Of a stretch of DNA of 62,509 bases, positions 16,647 to 25,435 are shown in pieces. The position numbers and the translations under genes were made by a program. Where the stretch lies: IMG/VR virus record IMGVR_UViG_3300037452_000138, positions 1 through 62,509 of that record; one strand, given 5' to 3'. Positions within the stretch are counted from its first letter, which is position 1. Every line of letters starts with the position of its first letter. The stretch is from a virus (taxonomy: Duplodnaviria > Caudoviricetes). Below the pieces are notes generated by a model that made no database searches, was not told the DNA's origin, and saw only the letters and a list, made by a program, of their open reading frames with translations.

Positions 16647-19343
16647 ATGAAAAAAATCCTTGCCCTGATCGCGCTGCTTCTTGCTCCCTCGGCGCTTGCC
16701 CAGAACGTCCAGTATTCCGGCACGATTACCCGCAACCAGATCCCGGTATGGGTCACCAACGGGGTGATCGGCGCCGGCACCTCGGCCGCCGACAGCCCGA
16801 TCTCGTCGATCGGCGTGACCAACGAGGGCGGCGCCGGGTTCTGCGTGTCGAGCCAGCGGCAGACCGCGGCGGGGCGCAACCAGCTTTGCCTGTCGGCCTC
16901 GACCACTGGCCCCGCGACGATCAGTGTGCAGAACTATGGCACCGCGGCCCCGCAACCCCTCCAGTACGTCATCAACGGCACCGTCGTCACAATCCCGACT
17001 GGCGGCGGCTCGTTCATTTTCGGCAACCCGCCCTTCACAACCGGCGACGTGCCGTGCTTCGTCAATACCTCTGGCCTCTTGCAGGACTGCGGGCTGGCAG
17101 TTAACAGCGGCACCGTCACGACGGGCGTTTGGAACGGCACCGCTGTGGCCGTCGGATTTGGCGGCACGGGCAGCAACAATGCTGCGGGAGCCCGGACCAA
17201 TCTCGGCCTCCTGTCGATGGCGACCCAGGCTTCCAACAGCGTGTCGATCACTGGCGGCGCAATTACCGGCATGGCCTCGCCGGTCGCTGCTTCCGACGTC
17301 GCCACTAAATCCTACGTCGATGCCTCGTCCAGCGGCCTCAACATCCTGGCTCCCAGCAGGCTGGCTACGGCAGCTGCCCTCCCGAACACCCCGACCTATT
17401 CCAACGGCACCGCCGGCGTCGGCGCGACGCTGACTGCCGGTTCGAACACGACGTTGACCGTGGACGGCACCGTTGCGAATCTCAACGACGTCGTTCTTGT
17501 CAAGAACCAGGTATCGACTTTCCAGAACGGTATCTATCAGGTCACGACCGCGGGCGGCGGCGTGCCGTGGGTGCTGACCCGGGCTACCTACTTCGACACC
17601 GCCGCGAAGATGAAGGTGGGCTCGTACACCTTCATCACTGCCGGCTCGGTCAACATCAACTCGTCATACACCCTGCAATCGACCGTGGTAACGGTCGGCA
17701 CCGACGCCCTGACTTTCGTGCAATTTTCGGCCGGCAATGCTGGCACGGTGACTAGTGCTACGATTGCGGCGGGCACCGGCATCTCGGTCACCGGTACCTG
17801 CACGATCACCACCAGCGGCACCTGCACCATCGCCAATACCGGCGTTACCTCGGTCACGGGCGGTGTCGGATTGCTGGGCGGGGCCATCACCACAACCGGG
17901 ACGCTGTCGGTCGATCCGACCATCATCAACTCGCAGGGCGGACGGCTGACACTGGTGTCCGGGCAGCCTTATATGACCGCCGATGCCGTCGGCGCGCAGA
18001 CGATCTATTATGCGCCCGACACTGGGCAATTCGTTCCGGTCTATAGCGGTAGTGCGTGGACGCTCAACCAGTTCACGTCAGGCAACACCGACCAGGTTGG
18101 TTTGTCACTGGCGTTGGGCGGGTCCGCCAGCTGGGCCGCCAACAGCATCTTCGACGTGTTCGCCGTGATTAACAGCGGATCGCTGGTGCTCGCCACCCGT
18201 GCATGGGACGCGAGCATGCTGCCGACTACGTCGCAGATCGCCAACAACGCAACGATCACGACCGGCACCACGCCGACGGCGTGGACCAATCCCAATAATG
18301 CTTTTGACGGCATCGTGGTGAAAAGCAGCACGACGGCGGCCAATATCCAGCCGGGTAATGCCGGAACCGCCAACTGCCTGGGACAGAATTTCGGGTCGCC
18401 GCAGACGGTTTCGCAGGTGGTGATAACGGCGCCGACCGATAAACAGCTAGTCGGTAGCGCCAGCACGACGGACGTCCGCACCTACGCATCTTCGGACGGC
18501 ACTAATTTTTATCTGATGTCGGTTAACTGGGTTGACGATCTCTCGATAGGTGCTGGTTACACACTCCCGATCCCCGTCGGCACCCAGCTTCCGTTCCAAT
18601 ACTGGCGGACATGCATCGATAGCAACTTCAAAGGGGGCGGTCCGTATAATGTGTGGGTCGCGCAAATCCAGTACAACACCACGGCTGCGCCTTCCACGCG
18701 CCGCCTGACGCATTTCGGCGGCATCCTGGTCAACGATGCGTCGATGACAGCACGTGTGTCATCGAGCACAACGATTACCACTGGACAATACCAGGGCACT
18801 TATCTGGGCTCATTCCAGACCGATGCTGCCTCTGCCGGGCAAGTGTCGGCTTATTTCTCCTACGGTCCGAGCCGGGTGTTCAACATCTGGAATGCCTACC
18901 GACAAACCGACATCACGCTACAAGCCGGTTTGGTCGCAGACACCAACACGTCTTACGTGCTTACCAACCAACTGTTCAGTCCGTGCGAGAACTCGACATT
19001 CAGCGTCGTGCCGTTCCTCGGCCTGGCGCAGCAGTCGATTACGGCACAGGTACAGCGGGCGGTGGCGCTGAATTCTATTACGCCCAATGCTTCCGCGGCT
19101 TATGAAGTAGGCATCGGAGTGGACACCATCACGGCCTTATCAGGGACCGACGCCAGCACTAATTTCGATGTGCTCAACATTGTTCACGGGCTTCCGATCC
19201 CATCGAACGTGGTGCTTCCTCCGTACTTCGGCACTCACACGCTGACTTGCATCGAACGCGCCGGGAACGGCTCTGCCGGCGGCACGGTCACGTTGTTCAC
19301 CGGGGCAAGAAACACTTTCCTGCAAGTGAAATATAAGGGGTAA
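16647..19343 (+). CDS. Long tail-fibre-like protein 3 with Sec signal peptide
   Basis: MKKILALIALLLAPSALA-QN, followed by fibre motifs GGTG...ARTNLGL, DVATKSYVD, VLVKNQ...QNGIY and GTVTS, plus a discoidin-like insert; 10 Cys. Confidence 0.8.
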   Translation: MKKILALIALLLAPSALAQNVQYSGTITRNQIPVWVTNGVIGAGTSAADSPISSIGVTNEGGAGFCVSSQRQTAAGRNQLCLSASTTGPATISVQNYGTAAPQPLQYVINGTVVTIPTGGGSFIFGNPPFTTGDVPCFVNTSGLLQDCGLAVNSGTVTTGVWNGTAVAVGFGGTGSNNAAGARTNLGLLSMATQASNSVSITGGAITGMASPVAASDVATKSYVDASSSGLNILAPSRLATAAALPNTPTYSNGTAGVGATLTAGSNTTLTVDGTVANLNDVVLVKNQVSTFQNGIYQVTTAGGGVPWVLTRATYFDTAAKMKVGSYTFITAGSVNINSSYTLQSTVVTVGTDALTFVQFSAGNAGTVTSATIAAGTGISVTGTCTITTSGTCTIANTGVTSVTGGVGLLGGAITTTGTLSVDPTIINSQGGRLTLVSGQPYMTADAVGAQTIYYAPDTGQFVPVYSGSAWTLNQFTSGNTDQVGLSLALGGSASWAANSIFDVFAVINSGSLVLATRAWDASMLPTTSQIANNATITTGTTPTAWTNPNNAFDGIVVKSSTTAANIQPGNAGTANCLGQNFGSPQTVSQVVITAPTDKQLVGSASTTDVRTYASSDGTNFYLMSVNWVDDLSIGAGYTLPIPVGTQLPFQYWRTCIDSNFKGGGPYNVWVAQIQYNTTAAPSTRRLTHFGGILVNDASMTARVSSSTTITTGQYQGTYLGSFQTDAASAGQVSAYFSYGPSRVFNIWNAYRQTDITLQAGLVADTNTSYVLTNQLFSPCENSTFSVVPFLGLAQQSITAQVQRAVALNSITPNASAAYEVGIGVDTITALSGTDASTNFDVLNIVHGLPIPSNVVLPPYFGTHTLTCIERAGNGSAGGTVTLFTGARNTFLQVKYKG

Positions 19344-19348
19344 ATGAA

Positions 19349-20104
19349 ATGACTTTTTCTCTCTTGTGGCTTCCCGGCATCCTGCGAGCCGCCGGGCTCA
19401 TCGTGAACGAAGTGCCGGGCTGGCAGAACCGCGGCCATGGTGACGAGGGCAAGGTGCTTGGCGTGTTGTGTCATCACACCTGCGGGCCGCTACATGGCGA
19501 TCTGCCCGATCTCAACGTGCTCATTGACGGCCGCCCCGATCTGGGCGGTCCGCTCTGCAATCTTGGCCTTGGCCGTTCCGGGCAGTACTGGATGATCGCG
19601 GCCGGCAAGGGCTGGCACGCCGGCGGCGGCAACTGGCAGGGCATCACCGACGGCAACGCACATCTGATCGGAATCGAGGCCGAGAACATCGGCACCAGTG
19701 ACCGGCAAGGCAACCCGCTCGAGCCGTGGCCGGCGGTGCAGATGGATGCCTACAAGCGGGGCTGCGCGGCCATCCTTCGGCACATCGGGGCGCTGCCAAT
19801 CATGTGCGCCGGGCACAAGGAGTACGCCCTGCCGCACGGCCGCAAGGACGATCCGAATTTCGACATGGTGGCCTTCAGGCGCGACGTGGCCGCCTTGATG
19901 GCGCTGCCTGCTGGCGTCTCACCAGTTGCAGTGCCTTCCCCCGTTGCGACGCCTTCCTCGGTCGCCCCACCCGTGGTTTCCAGCCCACCGCCTGCGTCCC
20001 CGCCGCACACACCCCTTCCCAACACACCGACAAAGCCCGCACAAACCGACGTGGATACCGCCTTCGACGCCGCCGCGTCCGATACACCCGGCAGCACAGG
20101 CTAG
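19349..20104 (+). CDS. Endolysin, N-acetylmuramoyl-L-alanine amidase (Amidase_2-like)
   Basis: HHT, WHAG, IGIEAEN and GHKEYA..RKDDP motifs; Pro-rich tail. Confidence 0.9.
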   Translation: MTFSLLWLPGILRAAGLIVNEVPGWQNRGHGDEGKVLGVLCHHTCGPLHGDLPDLNVLIDGRPDLGGPLCNLGLGRSGQYWMIAAGKGWHAGGGNWQGITDGNAHLIGIEAENIGTSDRQGNPLEPWPAVQMDAYKRGCAAILRHIGALPIMCAGHKEYALPHGRKDDPNFDMVAFRRDVAALMALPAGVSPVAVPSPVATPSSVAPPVVSSPPPASPPHTPLPNTPTKPAQTDVDTAFDAAASDTPGSTG

Positions 20105-20154
20105 ACGCTCCCTCGTAATTGTGGCAGGTTCCGACAACCTAGGAGATATGTCAG

Positions 20155-20520
20155 ATGGCGTTATCCACCGAGACTGTTGGAAGGCTGCTCGCCTCCGGGC
20201 GCAATTACGTCAGCATCGTCGTCGGTTTCGTCGGTGGTATCGGCCTGATGTCGGCCTCCCAGCAGCAGGGGCTGAAAGACGCCTTCAACCAGATATTCGA
20301 CGGGCTCAGCCAGGTCGTCCATGGCGCGACGTCGCTATGGCAAATCCTGATCGTGGCGTTCCCGGTCATCGGCGTGGTCATGGCCCAGCTCGCCAGCCGC
20401 AGCGCCAAGGTCACCAGCCAGGCCGCCGCCGTGGTCGCTGCGGTCAAAGACCCCAATACCCCGATCCCCGCCGAAGCGAAAACATCCATCGTCACCGCCG
20501 CCAACGAGGTCACCAAATGA
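20155..20520 (+). CDS. Putative holin (two TM segments)
   Basis: AGGAG SD; two hydrophobic segments; follows the endolysin. Confidence 0.55.
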   Translation: MALSTETVGRLLASGRNYVSIVVGFVGGIGLMSASQQQGLKDAFNQIFDGLSQVVHGATSLWQILIVAFPVIGVVMAQLASRSAKVTSQAAAVVAAVKDPNTPIPAEAKTSIVTAANEVTK

Positions 20521-20891
20521 AAAAGCTCCTGCTGATTATCCCGCTCGCGCTGTCGCTCGGCGCCTGCGCCTCCCTGCAAACCGCGTGGTCGGTCGTCACC
20601 GGGGTCTCGGTGTCGCCAACCCAGATACTCGTGGCCGCCAATGCCTTCGATGCCGGCGAGGCCAGCGCCACCCAGTACCTGCTGTTTTGCAAGGCCAACC
20701 CGGCCCAGTCGGTCTGTGCCCTGAAAACTCGGCAGGCCGTGGTTTCCGCGGTGCGCGCCGGCCGCGTCACCCGCAACCAGCTCGAGCCGTACATCGTCTC
20801 GAACACCGCTGGTCCCGCCGCCCTCTACAACGCCCTGGTGGCGACGGTCACCGCCCTCAAGTCCCAGATCCCCGCAGGAGCCGCCCAATGA
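20517..20891 (+). CDS. Lipoprotein, spanin-like candidate
   Basis: MKKLLLIIPLALSLGA-C lipobox; within the lysis cassette. Confidence 0.7.
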   Translation: MKKLLLIIPLALSLGACASLQTAWSVVTGVSVSPTQILVAANAFDAGEASATQYLLFCKANPAQSVCALKTRQAVVSAVRAGRVTRNQLEPYIVSNTAGPAALYNALVATVTALKSQIPAGAAQ

Positions 20892-21190
20892 CCATAGCAA
20901 TCACCGCCCTGCTCTCGCTGATCGAGCAGCTTCTGCCGCTATTGGGCACGGGTGCGAACGTCGTGCTGGTCGACTCGATCCTCAACGCACTCACCCAGTT
21001 CCTGCCGTTCATCGTCAACGAGATCGCCTCGCTGTACCAGCCGGTCAAGAACATCATCGCGGCACTCAGCGCCTCGCCGGCGGCCAATGCCGACCAGCTG
21101 GCCACCCTGCAGGTGCTGGACAAGCAGGTCGATGCCGCGTTCGACGCGATCGCCTCACAGACCGATAGCGATGGAACGGCGCCTGCGTAG
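20888..21190 (+). CDS. Amphipathic helical protein of the lysis cassette (100 aa)
   Basis: AGGAG SD, ATGA overlap; L/I-rich helices. Confidence 0.7.
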   Translation: MTIAITALLSLIEQLLPLLGTGANVVLVDSILNALTQFLPFIVNEIASLYQPVKNIIAALSASPAANADQLATLQVLDKQVDAAFDAIASQTDSDGTAPA

Positions 21191-21221
21191 AATCGTTGAT
21201 TTCCCGCCGGGGTAGGTGAGA

Positions 21222-21548
21222 ATGGCACGAAATCCGAGACGCCGCATGAACGAATTCAGCGACAATGGGAATGCTGAATCAGAAAGCCACTGGCACGTCA
21301 ACCGGGGGATACCGGTCGTCTGGCTGGTCGGCAGTGTGTTCATCGGGATCGCCCAGTTCGGCGGCTTCGTCTGGTACGCCTCCCAGTTCAATACCCGGGT
21401 CGACGTCGTTGAAAAAACCGTGGCGCTGATCGCCCCGCAAGGCGAGCGGCTGACCCGCGTCGAGGAAAGCCTGAAAGGCGTCAAGGAAGGCATCGGCGAT
21501 CTGAAAATCGACATGAAGACCCTTCTGACACAAGCCAAGGCGCGGTAA
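21222..21548 (+). CDS. Single-TM plus coiled-coil protein
   Basis: Hydrophobic segment followed by heptads (RLTRVEESLKGV); start uncertain. Confidence 0.6.
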   Translation: MARNPRRRMNEFSDNGNAESESHWHVNRGIPVVWLVGSVFIGIAQFGGFVWYASQFNTRVDVVEKTVALIAPQGERLTRVEESLKGVKEGIGDLKIDMKTLLTQAKAR

Positions 21549-21551
21549 GTA

Positions 21552-22025
21552 ATGCCAACCAGTTCCAGCAACGGAGACTGGATACGCACCATGATCGGCG
21601 CACTAAGCGCCATCATCGTCACCATGGGAAGTCTCTACTCGGTTGTCATTATTCCGCAGACGGCGCGGATCGAGAAGCTGGAGATCGGGCGGGAAAAGGA
21701 CAGCGACCAACTCGCCAAACTGTACACTTCGATCCAGACCAACGACGAGTACAAGAAAACCGTCGCGACCGAATTCCTGTGGATCAGAAGCGACATTGCA
21801 AAAAACATCGGACGGATCGATCATATTGAAGGGGAGCAGCTACGACGCACCTCTGCTGTGGCGATTGTGGCATCGCTTGAAGCGCGGATGGATCGAATCG
21901 AACGCCGCAACGAGGAACAGGACCGGCGATCCGCACCGACGATCATCGAGGAAGTGAAGACGCTGCGTTCGGAACTCGAAAGTTTGCGCCAGCGAATCAT
22001 GGTTCCGATAACGACGAGCAAATGA
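21552..22025 (+). CDS. Single-TM plus coiled-coil protein
   Basis: N-terminal TM segment, charged heptads. Confidence 0.6.
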   Translation: MPTSSSNGDWIRTMIGALSAIIVTMGSLYSVVIIPQTARIEKLEIGREKDSDQLAKLYTSIQTNDEYKKTVATEFLWIRSDIAKNIGRIDHIEGEQLRRTSAVAIVASLEARMDRIERRNEEQDRRSAPTIIEEVKTLRSELESLRQRIMVPITTSK

Positions 22026-22026
22026 C

Positions 22027-22212
22027 ATGCCGTTTGCAGCCAAATGCTCAGCGATTGTCGCGCATAACGGCATCGTCAAGGTTCTGCTGACCGTCGAATC
22101 CGCACCCAACTCCCAGGACGAACACCTGCTTTGCAATCTGCTGAAGTCTCGTGTAAATTTCGAGCAGGACGACACGGTCGAGATAACCTTCAGAAAACTA
22201 CCCCGTTCGTAA
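22027..22212 (+). CDS. Hypothetical protein (61 aa)
   Basis: Fills the gap between co-oriented genes. Confidence 0.45.
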   Translation: MPFAAKCSAIVAHNGIVKVLLTVESAPNSQDEHLLCNLLKSRVNFEQDDTVEITFRKLPRS

Positions 22213-22230
22213 CTACTTCAGGAGCATCAC

Positions 22231-22851
22231 ATGAAGTATCTGGTTTCCGCACTGATCCTGCTCGGCCTTGTTTCCTCGGCCGAAGCCAAGTCCCGACATC
22301 ATGCTGCTTCCGGCCTGCATCCGATGTGCAACATCACGATGCCCTGCGAGATCCCGGCGACGGTCGCAGCGGTCAGGGAGACCCAGCGCGTGGCGCGCGG
22401 CAAGTACGTGGCCCGGCAGATGGGGTTCGGCGGGGTCGCTCCGCTCAAACACCGGAAGGAGGCGATGCATCATTCCACCCGATTACGACAGGGCCTTTAT
22501 AACGCACGACCCCGGCCTCACACCCAGCAGGCCGGGGCCACGCGCGTTGCTTCGCAGATCGTAGCACACCCGGCGGGGTGTCCGTCGCGGGCGTTTTGCG
22601 GTTGCGGCGCTGCGGTCCGCCTGCTGGGGGCACCGGTTCGCGCGTTGTGGCTGGCCGCCAACTGGTTTCGGTTCCCCCGTGTAGCGCCGGCTCCTGACAC
22701 GGCCGGCGTCCGCCGGCATCACGTCATCGCCTTGATCGAGCATCGGCACGGCAGCGTGTGGCTGGTCTACGACGCCAACAGCGGCGGCCACGCCACCCGC
22801 ATCCACGAGGTCGATATTTCCCGGTATACGATCGTCAATCCGAGGACTTAG
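22231..22851 (+). CDS. Secreted protein with CHAP/NlpC-P60-like Cys-His domain
   Basis: Signal peptide ending SAEA; AFCGCG...AANW...HHV...YDANSG. Confidence 0.6.
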   Translation: MKYLVSALILLGLVSSAEAKSRHHAASGLHPMCNITMPCEIPATVAAVRETQRVARGKYVARQMGFGGVAPLKHRKEAMHHSTRLRQGLYNARPRPHTQQAGATRVASQIVAHPAGCPSRAFCGCGAAVRLLGAPVRALWLAANWFRFPRVAPAPDTAGVRRHHVIALIEHRHGSVWLVYDANSGGHATRIHEVDISRYTIVNPRT

Positions 22852-23545
22852 GCTTGCCGCCGTCAGGGCGGTCCAGCGTTTTAGCGGCGCGACCGCGTAG
22901 CTGCCCCGAAAATTCGCGGATCATGTCGCCAACCGTGTCGCCGTGGCCTGTAGCCAAACCGTGTTCGGCTGCGAGTTCAAGGCAGGCATTGCTCGCGTCA
23001 TCCAACTCGGAGATTTGCGCTGCGCTCTTATCGGAGGACGGTTGTGCTGGCGGGAGGGCGGCGAGGGCCGACCTCGCTAAATTCAATGCGCCCGCGAGAT
23101 GATTTAGAACCATCTCGTCATAAGAATTTCCCGCGACCAGAAAGAAATATTCCGCAGGAGGCTTCCCAAACACGCCGCACAATTTTCCTTCACACAGTCC
23201 GGTGACCGGCGTTTGAACAGAAAACTGATTAACGAAGTTCTCCAGCGCCTCCCTCACTCCCGTCCCCGCCGTCAGGGCAGGGGCGGCAGCCGGCAGAGAT
23301 TCAATGCCTGCAATTGCCCGCTCATACGCTTCTTCATGTTCCGGCAAGAGCGTGATCGCCAAATTTAATCGGACGGAATTCAGATCAAGCGTTCGCGTCA
23401 ACTGATTGGAGGCGGTGCGGAGCTTACCGAGCACGTCAAGCATCACGCCTCGACGGAATGGCCAATCCGAATTGTAGATGCTGTACTCCCGAATGAGAGT
23501 TTCTAATTCGTCCGCCAGTTCCAACATCTTCTTCGTGCCTGTCAT
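22835..23545 (-). CDS. Hypothetical protein
   Basis: ATGA overlap with the upstream minus-strand gene; last gene of the leftward operon. Confidence 0.55.
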   Translation of the reverse strand: MTGTKKMLELADELETLIREYSIYNSDWPFRRGVMLDVLGKLRTASNQLTRTLDLNSVRLNLAITLLPEHEEAYERAIAGIESLPAAAPALTAGTGVREALENFVNQFSVQTPVTGLCEGKLCGVFGKPPAEYFFLVAGNSYDEMVLNHLAGALNLARSALAALPPAQPSSDKSAAQISELDDASNACLELAAEHGLATGHGDTVGDMIREFSGQLRGRAAKTLDRPDGGKPKSSD

Positions 23546-23871
23546 GATGTACTGTCCGGTGTTTTTTCGCGAGGCATAAACCAACAGCCGGGAATGTGTA
23601 AATTTTCGAGGCTAGAATCATGAATGATGCAGATGTGGCAGCGATCGTCCAATGACGGCGCCACCCAGCCCTTTTTTCCTCTAAACTTTTGCCACACGAT
23701 TTCATCGCCTTCGAATTTTACTTCCTCGCATGGAATTGGATGGCAGTCTTTGCCTCCGCAACAAGCTGATGGATACCAATCGTGCGCAGATGCATTTATA
23801 GCTATTGAGCTAACGATGACCGCGCAGGTTATAGCTATGGCCCAGTCGTAAAGGGATTTAGAGAAATTCAT
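23542..23871 (-). CDS. Secreted Cys-rich protein
   Basis: Signal peptide ending ASA-HDWY; CCGGKDC, CHIC and C motifs. Confidence 0.7.
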   Translation of the reverse strand: MNFSKSLYDWAIAITCAVIVSSIAINASAHDWYPSACCGGKDCHPIPCEEVKFEGDEIVWQKFRGKKGWVAPSLDDRCHICIIHDSSLENLHIPGCWFMPREKTPDSTS

Positions 23872-23880
23872 GGGCGATCC

Positions 23881-24012
23881 TTAAAAGGCTGGATGGCTTA
23901 CGGCATAGGCCGTTCGTTCCAAGTCCTGAAAACTCTGCAAAGCAATCGCACCGAAATAAAGCACTGCGCTTGCAAGCAAGACGCCGCCAGCGATTTGAAA
24001 AATCAGTTTCAT
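23881..24012 (-). CDS. Small membrane protein (43 aa, not in track)
   Basis: MKLIFQIAGGVLLASAVLYFGAIAL...; GGAGG upstream. Confidence 0.5.
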   Translation of the reverse strand: MKLIFQIAGGVLLASAVLYFGAIALQSFQDLERTAYAVSHPAF

Positions 24013-24051
24013 CCTATCCGCCTCCCGCCTCGCCGGCAGCGCAAGCAGGCA

Positions 24052-24225
24052 TTATGCCTGCCGCTCCAGCATCGCCACCCGCTTCTCGATTGCCTTGTCC
24101 GGCTTCCGGCCGTGCAGCACCCACTCCCGGACCGTGGTGTAGGGGGCGCCCAGGGCGCGGGCGAGGTCGGCCACCCTCATGTCCCGCCGCCGCATGATCC
24201 GCTTCAGCCGCTTCTGCAGGGTCAT
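24052..24225 (-). CDS. XRE/Cro-like HTH protein (57 aa, not in track)
   Basis: MTLQKRLKRIMRRRDMRVADLARALGAPYTTVREWV. Confidence 0.75.
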   Translation of the reverse strand: MTLQKRLKRIMRRRDMRVADLARALGAPYTTVREWVLHGRKPDKAIEKRVAMLERQA

Positions 24226-24228
24226 GGC

Positions 24229-25434
24229 TCAGCCCTTGAAGAAGCTGTCGAGCACAGCGGCGATCGCCGGATCCGCGCCGGCCGGCTGCCCCTGACCCAT
24301 GCCGAATGCGTCGAGCTGGCCGGGCAGGGCTCCGGGGGCCACGGAAGGCTGGAATTGCCCTTGGGGAGTTGTTTGCTGCCTCGGATGCGGGAACGGGGCC
24401 TGCGGGGCGGCAGGCGCTGGCTGGCCCGTTGCGGGCTGCGCAGCTGCCATCTCGGCCGCGGTGCGCCGGCGCCGGCGGGTAGGGGCGGGGTCAGACGAAG
24501 ATACCTGTGGGGTCGCAGACCCCGCACCAGTGTCCGTTGGCCACGCGGGCTGCACAGTCTGGACAGGGGCCGTCACCGGAGGAACGAAAGGGGTGGGCTG
24601 TTGCACCTGCATGGTGCTGCCGGGCTGCGCGGTAAGCAGGGGGGCCTGACCGGTCGAATTCGGCGCAAGCTGCTGAACGGGAGCCTGCTGAACAGGCGCT
24701 GAAAGCATCCCCGCCGTCCTCGGCGCGTCGTTCCGGCCAACCAGGGCGTCGGTCTTCTTCTCGGCATAAGCCGCCTGCCGCAGCTTGGCGATGTCCTCGC
24801 TGATATAGCTCACCGGCTGGAACTGGAGGGTGCCCTGCACGCCCGGGACGAACGAGATACGTGTGACCAAATTGGCCATGTTGGTGCTGTTGCCCTTGCA
24901 CTTCTCGACGTACTCCCGCAGCGGCCCGTGGGAATTGGGCGGAATCGCCAGCAGGAACAGAGTCGGGAAGCCGGGGATCAGCAGTGCTACCTTCTGCTTC
25001 TGCGAACAGGCCGGAACCTTCTTGCCGTTGGCGTTGATCTTCGATCCCCACACCGCCCATTTGCAGCCGTGCTGGCCGGTCGGATCCGGCTGGCAGGAGT
25101 TGGCCTGCGGGGAGTTCGCACTGATCGACGGGCCGATGCCGTTGTCGGACCAGCAGTCGGGACGGACGCCCTCGGCGTCGGCATCGTAGGCACCGGAGAA
25201 GTAGATGCGACTCATCACGCTGTTGACATCGACGATACAGGCGTCGAGGTAAACGCCGATCTGGGGGTCGAAGGTCGGAACCGGGATCTCGTTGTTGCCC
25301 GCGTCGATCAGGGTGAACCGGCCACCGCCGATCGAGACGTGCGGAGGCATGGCCGAGCCGAGATTGGCTGACAGGGCAGCGCCAACGTCGGGGGCTTCGT
25401 ATTGCTGGAGGTAGGCAGGCAGGTTCTGAGTCAT
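24229..25434 (-). CDS. Putative ssDNA-binding protein with Cys cluster and disordered P/Q/A tail
   Basis: PDCWS...C...C...GS...AC pattern; replication-module location. Confidence 0.55.
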   Translation of the reverse strand: MTQNLPAYLQQYEAPDVGAALSANLGSAMPPHVSIGGGRFTLIDAGNNEIPVPTFDPQIGVYLDACIVDVNSVMSRIYFSGAYDADAEGVRPDCWSDNGIGPSISANSPQANSCQPDPTGQHGCKWAVWGSKINANGKKVPACSQKQKVALLIPGFPTLFLLAIPPNSHGPLREYVEKCKGNSTNMANLVTRISFVPGVQGTLQFQPVSYISEDIAKLRQAAYAEKKTDALVGRNDAPRTAGMLSAPVQQAPVQQLAPNSTGQAPLLTAQPGSTMQVQQPTPFVPPVTAPVQTVQPAWPTDTGAGSATPQVSSSDPAPTRRRRRTAAEMAAAQPATGQPAPAAPQAPFPHPRQQTTPQGQFQPSVAPGALPGQLDAFGMGQGQPAGADPAIAAVLDSFFKG

Positions 25435-25435
25435 T

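Noticed and set aside
15529-19343. Diversity-generating retroelement or shufflon acting on the fibre tips
   Set aside because: No reverse transcriptase; similarity is at protein level only, with no near-identical DNA repeats or inverted cassettes seen.
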